Assembly (NCBI GenBank): GCA_030390025.1
Contig: CM059437.1
Span: 78,740,001 to 78,804,000 of the forward strand
Origin: Squalus acanthias
Taxonomy: Eukaryota
Direction: 5' to 3'
DNA: 64,000 nucleotides
A model generated the notes under the pieces. The model worked only from the letters and a program-made list of their open reading frames with translations, was not told where the DNA came from and made no database searches. A program made the position numbers and the translations under genes. Position 1 is the first letter of the stretch. Every line of letters begins with the position of its first letter. Positions 49,270 to 61,030 of this stretch are shown here, piece after piece.

Positions 49270-50157
49270 TATTCCCTACCCCAGAGGGCTGTGGATGCTC
49301 AGTCGTTGAGTATATTCAAGGCTGAGATCGATGGATTTTTGGGGGCTAAATTCAGTTGATTTGCACCTCCCGTAACGGGGCGCAAATCAACTAGCGCCTG
49401 GGCGCGGCGCCGCTAACGCCTCCCGTGAAATTCAGCGGGAGGTTAGCGCCGCGTGGCGCTGCGCTGCCGGCGATGACATCATCGCCGTGCGCAGCGCCCC
49501 GGCTGTAATATTGGGTGGCGCCCCCCGACTTACCGCCGGAAGCTATGTCCGCCGGGATCAGGGGGGGCCTACCTGCGGCCGGGGCAGTGCTTGTTAAAGG
49601 GGAGGTGGCGGGCAGCCATTTTTGTTGCTGGCTGCCTGCCAGTACCTGCCCCCGTTGCTGTCCCCGGCCCCTGTGAAGCCCCACTGTGGGGTGCCGGCTG
49701 CTCTCCGTGAGCCCGGCACTCCTCTTGAGTGCCGGGCTCGTTTGCCGGCACTCCCGATCCCTGGTGGCCCAGCTGGGCGCCGGGCTAGGCCCCTCCCCTT
49801 TAAGAAAGGGAGGAAGGCCTGCAGTACCACGGCACGTAGCACCGCGATATTGGCTCGCAGCGCCCCAAGAGGGATGCGAGGCGCTTCCAGTAGCACCCCT
49901 CCTCCCTCTCGGGGCGCTACCTGGGAAAATCGGCCGTGGGGGCGCTAACTTTTTCGGGGTGCTAAAATTAGCGCCCCGGTGAAGGTAGCGCCCCCTTTGG
50001 GGAGCTACCCAATTTTTACCCCTTGGACTCTAAGGGAATCAATGGATATGGGGATCAGGCGGGAAAGTGTAGTTGAGGTCGAAGATCAGCCATGATCTTA
50101 TTGAATGGCGGAGCAGGCTCAAGGGGCCTACTCCTGCTCCTATTTCTTATGTTCTTA
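49270..50157 (+). mobile_element. CR1 3' end split by a MITE
   Basis: GAGATCGATGGATTTTTG|GACTCTAAGGGAATC...TATTTCTTATGTTCTTA. Confidence 0.8.
49342..50022. mobile_element. GC-rich non-autonomous Harbinger-like MITE
   Basis: GGGGCTAAATT / AATTTTTACCCC termini, TSD TTG and TAGCGCC motifs. Confidence 0.85.
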
Positions 50158-52524
50158 GACCGGGGTTGGCCCTATAGTCTTTTTGCCGTACTGTAGAAAG
50201 AAAACAACTGGATAGGCACATAAGTATTTGAAAGCATTTTACTGTTGCAATGACAGTTCTATTTCTGCATGAGGGGCAGTAACACTGCTTTTAACATGAT
50301 TCAAATTGCAATCACTGAACCAATGAATGTACACCATTAACTGAGCACTAAGTGTGAATGTTCTGGTCGGCACAAACATTTACAATAATCAGGCTGGATA
50401 CTGGCTCCCACCCAATGGCCTTTATTGTGGTGTCCTCATAAGGGGTCAAGGGTTTGATGCTTTGTGACCCTCCCCCAGTTGCTGCATGTTATCACCCCTT
50501 GAAGGTTGTCTTTTTCAAAAAACTAGAGTGTAGCACTGCATGAGATGAAACCTCACAGAGAGAAGTAGAGGCTGCCACACATTGTATATATTGTTAGTAT
50601 AGTGAATTACAGATGAAAGACCTCACTAGCCCCAGATTCTGAAGCATTTCAGATAGTTACAGAACAAGCTGTCTCAGCTGAAATTGCCATGCATGTTTTT
50701 CTCTAGCCTATATTTCTCCTTACGCAGTATCTTCATAACTTTTCTGTTTGCTTCAGTTAGATTGTGTTAGTGGAGAAAGTCAGTTTAATATATTTGTTTA
50801 CTGAAACTAATCATCAAACAATAGCTGACACTTGATACCTCCTTGGAATATCTTGATATCAATTTGATATCCATATAGAGCAATAGAAGATCATTTCAAA
50901 GCAGACCTGTATATTATAAAGTAGTTGTGATGCAGAACCAAATTGCATTAGGCAATTTACTGCCATTTTTCTTCTTTACTATAGTCCTTTTCCTTAAATT
51001 GGACATTGTCCTCCTGACATCTCTCTATGTCCAACAATGCTTTGACACCCCCATGCCTGCTGGGGCTCATTGTTTAGTTGCTGGATGTCTCATATCTTTT
51101 CCTCTTCACACTATAATCTATAGAAGATTGTCAGTAAATCTCACCTTTCTACGCCTTGCTCCCCCCCATTGCGCTCCACAGCTTTATTTACTCAATGGGT
51201 GCTATCTGTGACCTTTATGTGCAAATTGTTCTGACTAAAGATAATTAAACAGCTTCACAGGTTTGATCAAGATTTGTTGCTCTGCATTAGTATAAATTCA
51301 TCAGATCTCAAGGAAAGCATACTGTGTAAAGCTGTGCAGAAATAACAGTGTGCTAAAAAATGCGAAGTCGAAGGCAGTAGGACACGACAGCACATATTCT
51401 AGGTTGTGAAGTGTGCAGAAAACAGAAAGTATTTCTTTACCCAGCAATAATCAACAGATGAATCAGGTTGTCAGGAAGGTTAGTTGAGGCCATGACACTG
51501 GGCTTATTTAAAAAAACACAGTTAGATGCTGCAGTGGGAAGACAGAAGAGGATGAGATCAAATGTGTTAAATGACCCTCTTCAGCCAAACCAACTCGGTG
51601 TGCTAAATGTAAATTAAACCTCAGTATTAGATTATATTCCCATCCACATTCAGTTAACCTGCAGTGCATTTGGAGGTTTAATTTACAGCTAGCACATCTA
51701 CTAATTGCGCATTAAAGAGCAGTAATCTGGTGAGTCAATGATAATCGAATGGACATTAACTTTTGCCAACACTCCTAATCTTTTCTGAGCATAAATATTT
51801 TGAATGCAAATTAACACTAATACACATTGTTAACACTATTTTGCTTGTTAGCTGCAATTAACAAGGAAGGCACAGATTTACTCGGAATTTACTTGATTCC
51901 CACATTGCATCAATTTCTCCCATTTAAAGCTGGCATTCCAGCACTGAAGGGAGCTGGCAGAGATCCAGTGGTGAGCAAAGCACGGGATTAAGGCCTGGGA
52001 TTTCAAGACCACAAGATGTGCAACATAATGGGGGGGGGGGAGTTTTAATTGTCCCTATTCAGCGGGAATGGAGCGGTCGAGCAGTTAAAATGGAGTGGTT
52101 CCATTTCTTGCTCCGTTCCCGCCAATCTCCGATTTTAACCCCGTTGGTTTTGGCAGGGGATGAGGCGCCCACCAGAGTCAGGCACGAGCCAAGTGCATAG
52201 ATGCTAATCAGGGTCCAGTGACATCAATAGGACCCCGACTGCATTTTAACTGGGGCCTGAGCGGGGACGCTAACGTTACTTTCCGGCTGAACTGAAGCAG
52301 GTCGGCAGCTAGTGGGAAGGACGAAGAGGCCCTCCAAGGTAAGTGTAAAACTGTCCTTTGTGGGATCAGAGGAGCAGCAGTTGAAACCTTGACATTCTGA
52401 CATCTTAAAAGGGAGCTGGAATGCTCCCTTGAGCCCCACACCAAAAGTCACAGCCTCGACCCTTCCCTCCTGCAAGACCCTCCTAAAATCTCCTTCCCTC
52501 TCCCTTCACTGTCGTAGTGGTAGT

Positions 52525-53510
52525 TTAAACTGATGACCTCTCATCACTGACTTCCCACCCAGAGGAAATAGTCTTTCTCTGTTCACCTATCAAAACTCTT
52601 CATCATTTTAGAAAGTGCCATAAGATCTCTTTTAGCCTTCTGTGGTCCAGTAGCAATAATACCAGTATCTCAAGTCTCTCCTCATAACTAAAGTTTCCTG
52701 TCACTGTTATCAGCTTGGTGAATCTACACTGAATGTTCTCTACAGCTTTAATGTCCTTTCTGGAAGGGGTGCCCAAAACTGCACACAGTACACTGGCCTA
52801 ACCGCTCTGTACAAAATTATCCTCAAATCTTTGCTCTTATATTCAAGCCTCTATTCATAAAATCCAAAATGATATTGCCCTTTTTATGGCTTTATTTACT
52901 TCCACTTTCAAGGAATTATATATTTGCACCACTAGAACTGTGTTTTTCCACACCCTTCAGCATCCTTCCATTACTTGTTTACCTCCCAACATGTATCACT
53001 ACACACTCTCCACATTAAATGGCATCTGCTACTTGTCTGCCCATTCCGCTAGTCTGTCTTTGTCTTTCTTCCTATTTGCCAAACTCCCTACTTTTGTACT
53101 GTTGGTAAATTTAGATATTTTGTGTTGGGAATAAAAGTGAACCCAGCATTGACATCACTTCCAATCCTACTCCAATCTAAGCAAAACCCATTGACCTTAA
53201 CTTTTGTTTCCTGTCCTTCAACCAACTTTCTAACTATGCTGCTACATTTCCTTTTATACCATTCACCGGAATATTTATAACAAGTATCCTGTGAGATCCC
53301 TTATCAATTACCTACTGAAAATCCATGTACACTACATCTGTCACATTTTCTTTATCTACACAATCATTCAGATCTTCAAAAATCTCTATTAAGTTTGTCA
53401 AACATCACTTCCCTTTAATGATCAATGCTGGCAGTGTTTAATCAACTTTTAAATGCTTGCTAATTGGATCTTGAATTATGGTTTCCAAAAGTTTGCCCAC
53501 AACTTGAGAT
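52525..53510 (-). mobile_element. Old degenerate CR1 fragment
   Basis: Reverse-complement CR1 ORF2-like sequence (CCCAAAACTGCACACAGTA, CTCCTCATAACT, GAAAATCCATGTACACTACATC). Confidence 0.65.
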
Positions 53511-53834
53511 TGGACTAAATTTTATTCTTTCTACATAGGGAACTCTATTGTTTGATGCGCTTTTCATCTTACAAAAATATAACTATTTTATACCCTATCC
53601 ACCTCATTTGTCAAAATTCCCCACTGCTGATCTGTCATTCAGTTTGCTAACTTTTTTGACCAGTTAATTTGGGTCACATCTCTTATCTTACCATTTTTTC
53701 CAGTCCAGCACCTTCATTTTTGACTCTTTGTTATCCTTTTCTATTTTCACATTTTGGACGCTATTTCCCAATTGTTCTCATATCAGTTATTTGTCTCAGT
53801 CCATTCCCCAGAAGTAAATCAAGGAAGGTTTCTA

Positions 53835-54135
53835 CAGACATGGCGTTTGTTAACGAGATGTTAAACTGAGCTCCCATCTGGCTTCTCAAGGAGTCAAATA
53901 AGATACGAGGGAACTATTCAAAAAAAGATGTGCAGAGCTTTTTCAACGTAACAAAACAGATTATCTAGTCATTAACACATTGCTGTTTGTGGGAGCTTGC
54001 TGAGCATTAATTGGTTGCCGCGTTTCCTACATTACAACAGCGACTACACTTCAAAAAAAGCACTTAATTGGCTGTAAAGCACAGTGTGATGTCCAGTGGT
54101 TGTGAAAGGCGCTATATAAATGCAAGTCTTTCTTT
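53835..54135 (+). mobile_element. DeuSINE, partial
   Basis: Core and tail motifs. Confidence 0.8.
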
Positions 54136-54139
54136 TTCT

Positions 54140-54415
54140 TTTTAGAGTTGGAAACAGGTCAGAGACCAACGTTATAAGGAGACATTTTTTTATGCAGCGA
54201 GTTGTTATGATCTGGAATGCACTGCCTGAAAGGGTGGTGGAAGCAGATTCAATAATAACTTTCAAAAGGGAATTTGATAAATACTTGAAGGGGAAAAATT
54301 TGCATGGCTATTGGGGGAGGGCAGGGGAGTTGGACTAATCGGATAGCTCTTTCAAAGAGCCAGCGCAGGCACGGTGGGCAGAATGGCCTCCATTTGTGCT
54401 GTATCATTCTATGAT
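54140..54415 (+). mobile_element. CR1 3' end
   Basis: Translates RRHFFMQRVVMIWNALPERVVEADS, followed by a CR1 3'UTR. Confidence 0.85.
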
Positions 54416-55230
54416 AACAAATTCAAATTTCCTGTGTTCCACGGAGATGGCCCATCAGTCATTGCAGCTCCCTGTAGCATAAAAACTCTTGGTTTTAATG
54501 TGCTTTGCAACCTTACCTGAAAATTCAGAGGGCTGAAGAGCTATCTCAGTGTGCATCTGGTGTACTGAGTGCAAACTTAAAACTGAACACTATCTGCAGT
54601 GAAGATACAACAAAGTTGTTTACAGTTTGTTTGTGTTATTCATTCACTTCACATCTGCAGCTCCAATACTCACGATCTATTTTAAAGGAGGGCAGATTTC
54701 TACAATCAGTAGTAAGTGAGATAACTCTGGAAAAATAAATGGAAATTTATGGCAAATTCTGTCACGACCCATCCATTAAAAAAAAATTCTCCCCATTGCC
54801 TTTAATTAAAAATTGACGCTGTTGGCTTGAGGCCCTGACAGTAAATCTCTGTTCATACTGACAACAGAAAACAACTTGAGAGAGAATTAAATAGCAATTT
54901 CTTAACCTTATTTGAGGTGTACTGACACAGAATAAGAGGTGCAAATAAGCAACATGCCAGATATTTCTTGAGAATCATGATTGGTGTTTGATGGGCCTTC
55001 GTTCTCTTCCTCTGACAAATTATACTGAAAAAGGAAACGTGAGTAAAATGGGGTGCAATGTCAGTAGAAAGAGAGAACAACGTAAACATGTTTAATGTGC
55101 TCTGAGGATTCTGACTCATCCAGAAATGGACTAACAAAAATAAGTGAAAAGTATGAGAAAACTCTAATCTGTGCCTGTTAAGACTTTCCTAAAGCCATTA
55201 ATGAGGAACTCACATAGCATTTAGCACGTA

Positions 55231-56948
55231 GGGGGTGATTTTGCCAGCCCTGGGAAGGCAGGTATGGAGGCGGGACTGCCGGGAAAATGGCAGAATCTGG
55301 GAGCAGGTACCCATCCCGTCCCCAACCCGCCTCCGTGCCATCTTCCCAGGAGGCGGGTACCCGACCCGCGCTGGGGCCCGTCTCCTCGAGGCGGGAAGGG
55401 GATTCGTGCCAATTAACTGCCTGTTAACAGGCAGTTTTTTGGCTAATCCCTATTTTGAGACCTAAAGTGTGGGCTTCCCGACAGCTCCAAACCTCGCCAG
55501 GATCAACGAGGCGAGCTGTGGGTCTGCGGGGGTCGGAGGGGCCGAAATGTGTGCAGGTGAGTGATAAGTGCAAGTGTGGAGAGGTAAGTGTGTGAGGTGA
55601 GTCTAAAGTGTTTTAATAAGATTACTTACCTTTGCTTCTTCCTCCAGGCTTCATCCCTTTAGGCTGCGGAGCTGCCTCATCTCACCGGCAGAGAAAGCAG
55701 AATGGCCGCTGCATTCTTAAATGCAGCAGCCTTCTGCTTTCTGCTCAGGAAAGCTTTCTAAATGAGTCTTCAGTACAAGGACTCAACTTAGAAGACAGAG
55801 GGGGAGAAATTCAGTATCGCCCCGTTTGGGGCGCGATTATCGGCCGGGCGCAAAGTTTAGCGCCTGGCACTAATTATCGCCTCCGACTGCAAACTTGGTT
55901 TTTATCACCCCTGGAGGTGATTGGAGCACTAAATCAAGCGCTGCACACCTGTCTTAAGGTGCAAAGGCCGAGGAGTGAGGCGCTAACTCAGAGCGCTGGT
56001 GAAGCTCATGTGATGTCAGTCAGCAATGGAACACAGACACACAGTCGCCGGCCAGTTCTTAAAGGGGATTGGGTCGATCTTGCTCTCCATCCACACCCTG
56101 CTCATTGCATCCTTGAATCTAGGCCTGGAGAGACCTGTACATCAAATCTGTTGGAAAGAACAATGGAGAGGCCCAGGGAAAGAGCTCAGAGTGCAGCCCC
56201 CATAGTCTCTTCTAAATCGATGTAAGGAAGATCAAATAAAAAAGAACCTGCAAAGTGCTGCTCAGTACCCAAAACTCCTCAACACAGCTTTGAATATCTC
56301 CTGCAGTCTCTCTTTTTCACTTAGAATGCGTGGTGAAAAAATTTCACAGACAAAAGAAGGCAGGAAGCGGTCGCCTTTAAATAGCGCTCCCCCAGTCCCT
56401 TCCCGACTGCAAAACGCTCCCCTCAACCTGTTGTTGCTAGCGGCAGGCGTTAAGACAGGGGGCGCCACTCAATATCCGGTCCGGGGCGCTACCGGGGCGT
56501 TGCACGTTCGACTGACATCACGATCTGCGGGCGCAGGAGATCATGGCAGTAGTGTTTAGCGCTGCCGCAAAATGTCTAGTCAATTTCGTGAGCGGCGCAA
56601 ACATCGCCGCGCACGGGTGCTAGTTGCTTTGCGCCACATTAGCGCCCTCTTAAGGCGCTAACGGGAGGCGCAAACCAACCGAATTTTTCCCCGAGATTGT
56701 CAGTGTTTGACAGCTTCTCAAAACTGTCAAACGATGACAATTCATCTGTCAAAAATTTTTGACAGATGAAACGTCATATGCTGACGTTCTCTGTCACCGG
56801 CTTTCCCTCAATTGGCCTGCTAAGCCTGCCTTACAAGGTCAATCAAGAGAAAATAGCGTGGGTTGGTCGGACGTCGATGGAGGCGGGACTAAAACCCGAC
56901 AAACAGCAGTCCCGCCTCCATCACGTCCCCATTGATAAAATCACCCCC
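55231..56948. mobile_element. Non-autonomous Harbinger-like element (same family as 46152-46995) with a nested insertion
   Basis: Perfect 12-bp TIR GGGGGTGATTTT / AAAATCACCCCC with TSD GTA. Confidence 0.88.
55800..56693. mobile_element. Non-autonomous Harbinger deletion derivative (~890 bp)
   Basis: GGGGGAGAAATTC / GAATTTTTCCCC termini with TSD AGA (or GAG). Retains the Myb ATG (MERPRERAQ) fused to the transposase start region. The empty site is visible in the 46152 copy (~46725-46745). Confidence 0.88.
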
Positions 56949-56951
56949 GTA

Positions 56952-57412
56952 GTGTCAGCCAGTGGCTCAGTTGGTTGCACCCTTGCCTCTGAGTCAGAAG
57001 TTTGTGGGTTCAAGTCTCATTCCAGGACTTGAGCGCAAAAATCTAGGACTGACACACACTACAGTACCGAGGGAGTGCTGCACTGGCGGAGGTGCTGTCT
57101 TTTGGGTGAGACGTGAAACTGAGGCCCCGTCTGCCCTCTCAGGTGTATGTAAAAGTTCCCATGGCACTAATTCAAAGGAGTTATCCCTGGTGTCCTGGCC
57201 AATATTTATCCCTCAATCAACATCACTAAAGCAGATTATCTGGTCATTATCACATTGCTGTTTGTGGGAGCTTGCTGTGGGCAAATTGGCTGCTTCATCT
57301 CCTACATTACAACAGGGACTACACATCAAAAAGTACTTCATTGGCTGTAAAGCGCTTTGGGACGTCCGGTGGTTGTGAAAGGCGCTATATAAATGCAAGT
57401 CTTTCTTTCTTT
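56952..57412 (+). mobile_element. Full-length DeuSINE
   Basis: Head, core and tail. Confidence 0.88.
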
Positions 57413-57506
57413 CACTTTGCAGGTGCTCAAGCAACTCTAAAAGTGAGTATTCTACTCCAAGTCAGACCAGGTGTTTGAGATCGTGGGGTCAGTTTGAACT
57501 ACACTT

Positions 57507-57772
57507 GTAAGACATGCAGAAATCGTCCCTCGCCCCGTTCAACAGTTTCCAAAGTTCAGACCTGTCGAACAGACAGCACAAAACCCAATGAATCTGTGAA
57601 AAACTTATTTTACTTAAAAATCCATTGTCTTTGCCATTGTCTGCTCCGAACGGGTCCCTGTTCGGGTGCCAAAATCCGTAAGACGTGCGAAAATCGCCCC
57701 TCACCCCATCCAACAGTTTCCAAAGTTCAGACCCGTCGAACAGACAACACAAAACCCAATGAATCTGTGAAA
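57507..57772 (+). repeat. Direct repeat of ~95 bp with 171-bp period
   Basis: GTAAGAC...CAACAGTTTCCAAAGTTCAGACC.GTCGAACAGACA.CACAAAACCCAATGAATCTGTGAAA at 57507 and 57678. Confidence 0.9.
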
Positions 57773-59129
57773 CTTCTTCTATAAAAATCTGCAAGAGTTT
57801 ACAAGAAAGCATCCGATAGTTATGTAGCGTATAACACTTCCCGATTATACCTCAGCATACACAGAGCTATCCCTTTACTTTAAGCTCAAGCAAAACACCA
57901 CGTACGTACTAACACCAGCGATTGGTCAATGCGGCGATGACTAGACGTATGATTTATGACAACTGACCAGGGTTGCCCAGCTGCAGCAACGAGTGTTTTT
58001 TAACAGCATCTTTTATACCGTAAAACCTGGCAACCCTTCCACTGCGTATATGTCCCTAACTATACGGCATTAGTTGTTTTTCAGTTACTTTTATCAATCG
58101 TTCTTTAAGCATCCGTGGACTTCAAGGCCGGTTACGTTCCATAGTCTGAAGATGCTTTTGTTTTTACAATAATTCAACAGTCCCGTAGTCTGTTCCCACA
58201 GAACCATGAAGTCTGTTTTCATTATCTGTTGGAGGACAGTTGGCAGCCTTCACAGCTTCCAAACACAACATCTTATTTTGCAAAGTTCTCACAGCAACCA
58301 GTCTTTTGTCCTCGCGAACCTTGATGGTACATAATATGTGGTCAACTTTTAAGTTTGGTCAAGTTACAGCAAAACTTACAGCAAATGGCTTATTCTTACT
58401 CAACGCATCCCTCCCACCACCCCCCCGCCCCTCCCCTCCCCTCCCCCCCCCCCCCCCCGCACCCGGCCTGGTGGAAACCAGCCTGGGGGGCAGTTAAAAT
58501 GGAGCGGGGGACTGACCCACTCATTTCCTACCCAGAACTGGCTGACTATAATTTTAAATTGAAGGTGCCAAGGGCAAATGCCCCAAGCCGATGGGGTCCT
58601 CTTTAAATTTGCGGATCAGGCTCCAAACACGTCATCGGGGCTCGATCTGTCATTTTAAAATATGGCCTGAGTGGGGGAGCAGAGCTGGCTTCCCCTTCAG
58701 GTCAAACCTTTCGGGAACAGGAGCCAGGGCAAGAAAAGGCCTAGCAAGGTAAGTTATTACATTATTTTTCAGTTTCCTCGTGGGCCAGGAGGTGCAAGAG
58801 TGTGTCTCCAGGCCCCACAAGGAAACTTTGGGCCTCCCCTGCCCTGGGCCTCCCCGCTCCCCTGACCGGGATTCCCCTCCCAGAGCACTTACCTTGTGCC
58901 GGGGACTGGTCCCTGTGCCCCTGGTGGAGACCTCCTGCCACCCAATTTGGTCGAAAAGTTGGCGAGCGGCATGCTAATATGGACAATCATTAAAATTGGC
59001 CCAGTCTCCCTGGTACCATTCCTGGATGGGCCGATCATTCGCTTTGCTGCGTTCCTGCCTGGAAGTTAAAATTGAGCCCAAGGAGAAGATTTTAAAGTAT
59101 TACCCCAACAGTAACAGAAGGGGGCAGTA

Positions 59130-59420
59130 CCTGGACTGATGAGTGTTCTGCTAGGCAACATAGGAGTAGCAAGCACTGGTGGGTATATCATATTGGAGGA
59201 GCAGAGAGGTCAGCTCAGAAGTTCAGAAGGGGTTGCACAATTGAAATTGGATGATACTACAGATAGTGAGTCTGCCGCAACAGTCATGACAGGGGAGCAG
59301 TGCCTGAGGAGGCTCAAGCTCATCAGGGAGGCTGTGACTGATGTGTGCCACTTTGCCAAAAAAATCTTCGGATAGTCTGCCATTCACTACCAGTGGCAGT
59401 GAAGGTCCACCAGCCACCCA
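59130..59420 (+). pseudogene. Old Harbinger transposase N-terminal remnant
   Basis: EQCLRRLKLIREAVTDVCH followed by LPVAVKV. Confidence 0.65.
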
Positions 59421-59571
59421 GGACAACATCTCAGGGCAAACAAAGATAAAGCGATGAGAGCGGAGACCCAGGGTAAAGCGGAGAGAGCGGGCACCCGAGA
59501 GTATAAAGAAGTGACAGCAGAGGCCCGAGAGTATAAAGTGGTGAGTATGAAGCGGAGAGAGGAGAGACCCA

Positions 59572-60558
59572 GGGGGCGATTTTCACCGAATACTTTAGGC
59601 GCTAAAGAGGTGGTCAAGATGGGGCCTTGAGCTGAAACGCCGGTTTAGCCCACTTTTAGAACAAGACGCCAACTTGGTAAAGGAGTTGAATCCAGCGCTA
59701 GGAACGGCCACCTAAAGGCTCGTTAAAGGGCTGATTGCCACTTAAAATGCCTACTAGTGCTCATTAAAGAGGCTGCATGGCATTTTGGTAGCTAGCGCTT
59801 GTCCTAACGCCCTCTCCTAATAGCGACCAGCTGTTTGGGAGTAAACATGGTGCTGATGTCGATTTAAAGCGCTACTTAAAGGTATGCTCAGCACTTAAAG
59901 GTGTATCACCCTTTCATGGTCATTGCTGCTGGAGCTGTTAAAAGGACCTCTGAAACACATCGGGAGACTTTCTGGGACACTTTGGCAAGACATCAACACT
60001 TGAGCAACATTTATTTTGGAAATTCTCTGAGGACTTCACCTAACAAGAGTAAGTGCTGTGCTACTACACCTTTTTGGACACCTTATAGGAGTCACCAGGA
60101 GAAAGAGAGTGCTTGGTCATCGGCATCTTGCTCGGGGACCCCCTTGGTCTGGATGAGGAATGGGAGGAGGACACGAGGCCGGGCAGAGCAGCACCAGCAG
60201 CTGCAGGAGAGATGGACAGGAGGGTGAGGAGGACGAGGTGACATCCTGTCACATCTGCGGGTCCAGGACATCCCTCCTCCTCTGAACCTCCTGTATCAGG
60301 ACCTCCAGTGCCGTGTCGGAGAACCTGTGCACCCTCTCCCTCGGTCCCTGAGCCATCCTGCAATGTGCCGCTGTGTGCCAGCCGGAGCGCTCCACACCTT
60401 CAGTGGAAGTGGATGCGAGGAGCCCACATACACCGCTCCACGTAAATTGTGTCTAGGACCAAAATTGTGTGCTGAATCCGGACTTTCAAACAGGCTAGTA
60501 TTATTAGCATGGCTTCCATTTAACGCCTGTTTTCACCCTTTGGCCAAAATATCCCCCC
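59572..60558. mobile_element. Non-autonomous Harbinger-like element
   Basis: GGGGGCGATTTT / AAAATATCCCCC termini with probable TSD CCA; interrupts a purine-rich AGAGACCCA-type repeat. Confidence 0.65.
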
Positions 60559-61030
60559 CCAGAGTACAAAGTGGAGAGAGCAGAGACCCAGGGGGAACAA
60601 TTCAATTGGTTAGCGCCCGAGCGTGGCGATTTTAGCGCCACCCGCGAAATTGACCTGGCGGTTTGCGGTGTCGCTAAACACTACCGCCACGATTCACCCG
60701 GAGAAGATCGTGACGTCGTCGAAGCGCGTAGCGCCCCGGTAGTGCCCCGGACCGGAAATTGATTCTCGCCCCCTGCCTTAGTGACTGCCGCTAGGAACGA
60801 CAGGTAGAGGGAGACGTTTTGCAGTCGGCTGGGAGCTGGCGAAGCGCTATTTAAAGGCATGCGCTTCCTGCTTTTTCCTGTTGGCAAAATATTCCGCATA
60901 CGCAGGTTGGGAGAGGGAGAGAGGCGTCTGGAGACATTTAACGCTGTCCTACAAGGAGTTCTGTTCCTCACCAACACTTTTCAGGTTCCCATTTCTGTCA
61001 GCTTTATTATTACCATATTTAGAAGATTAA

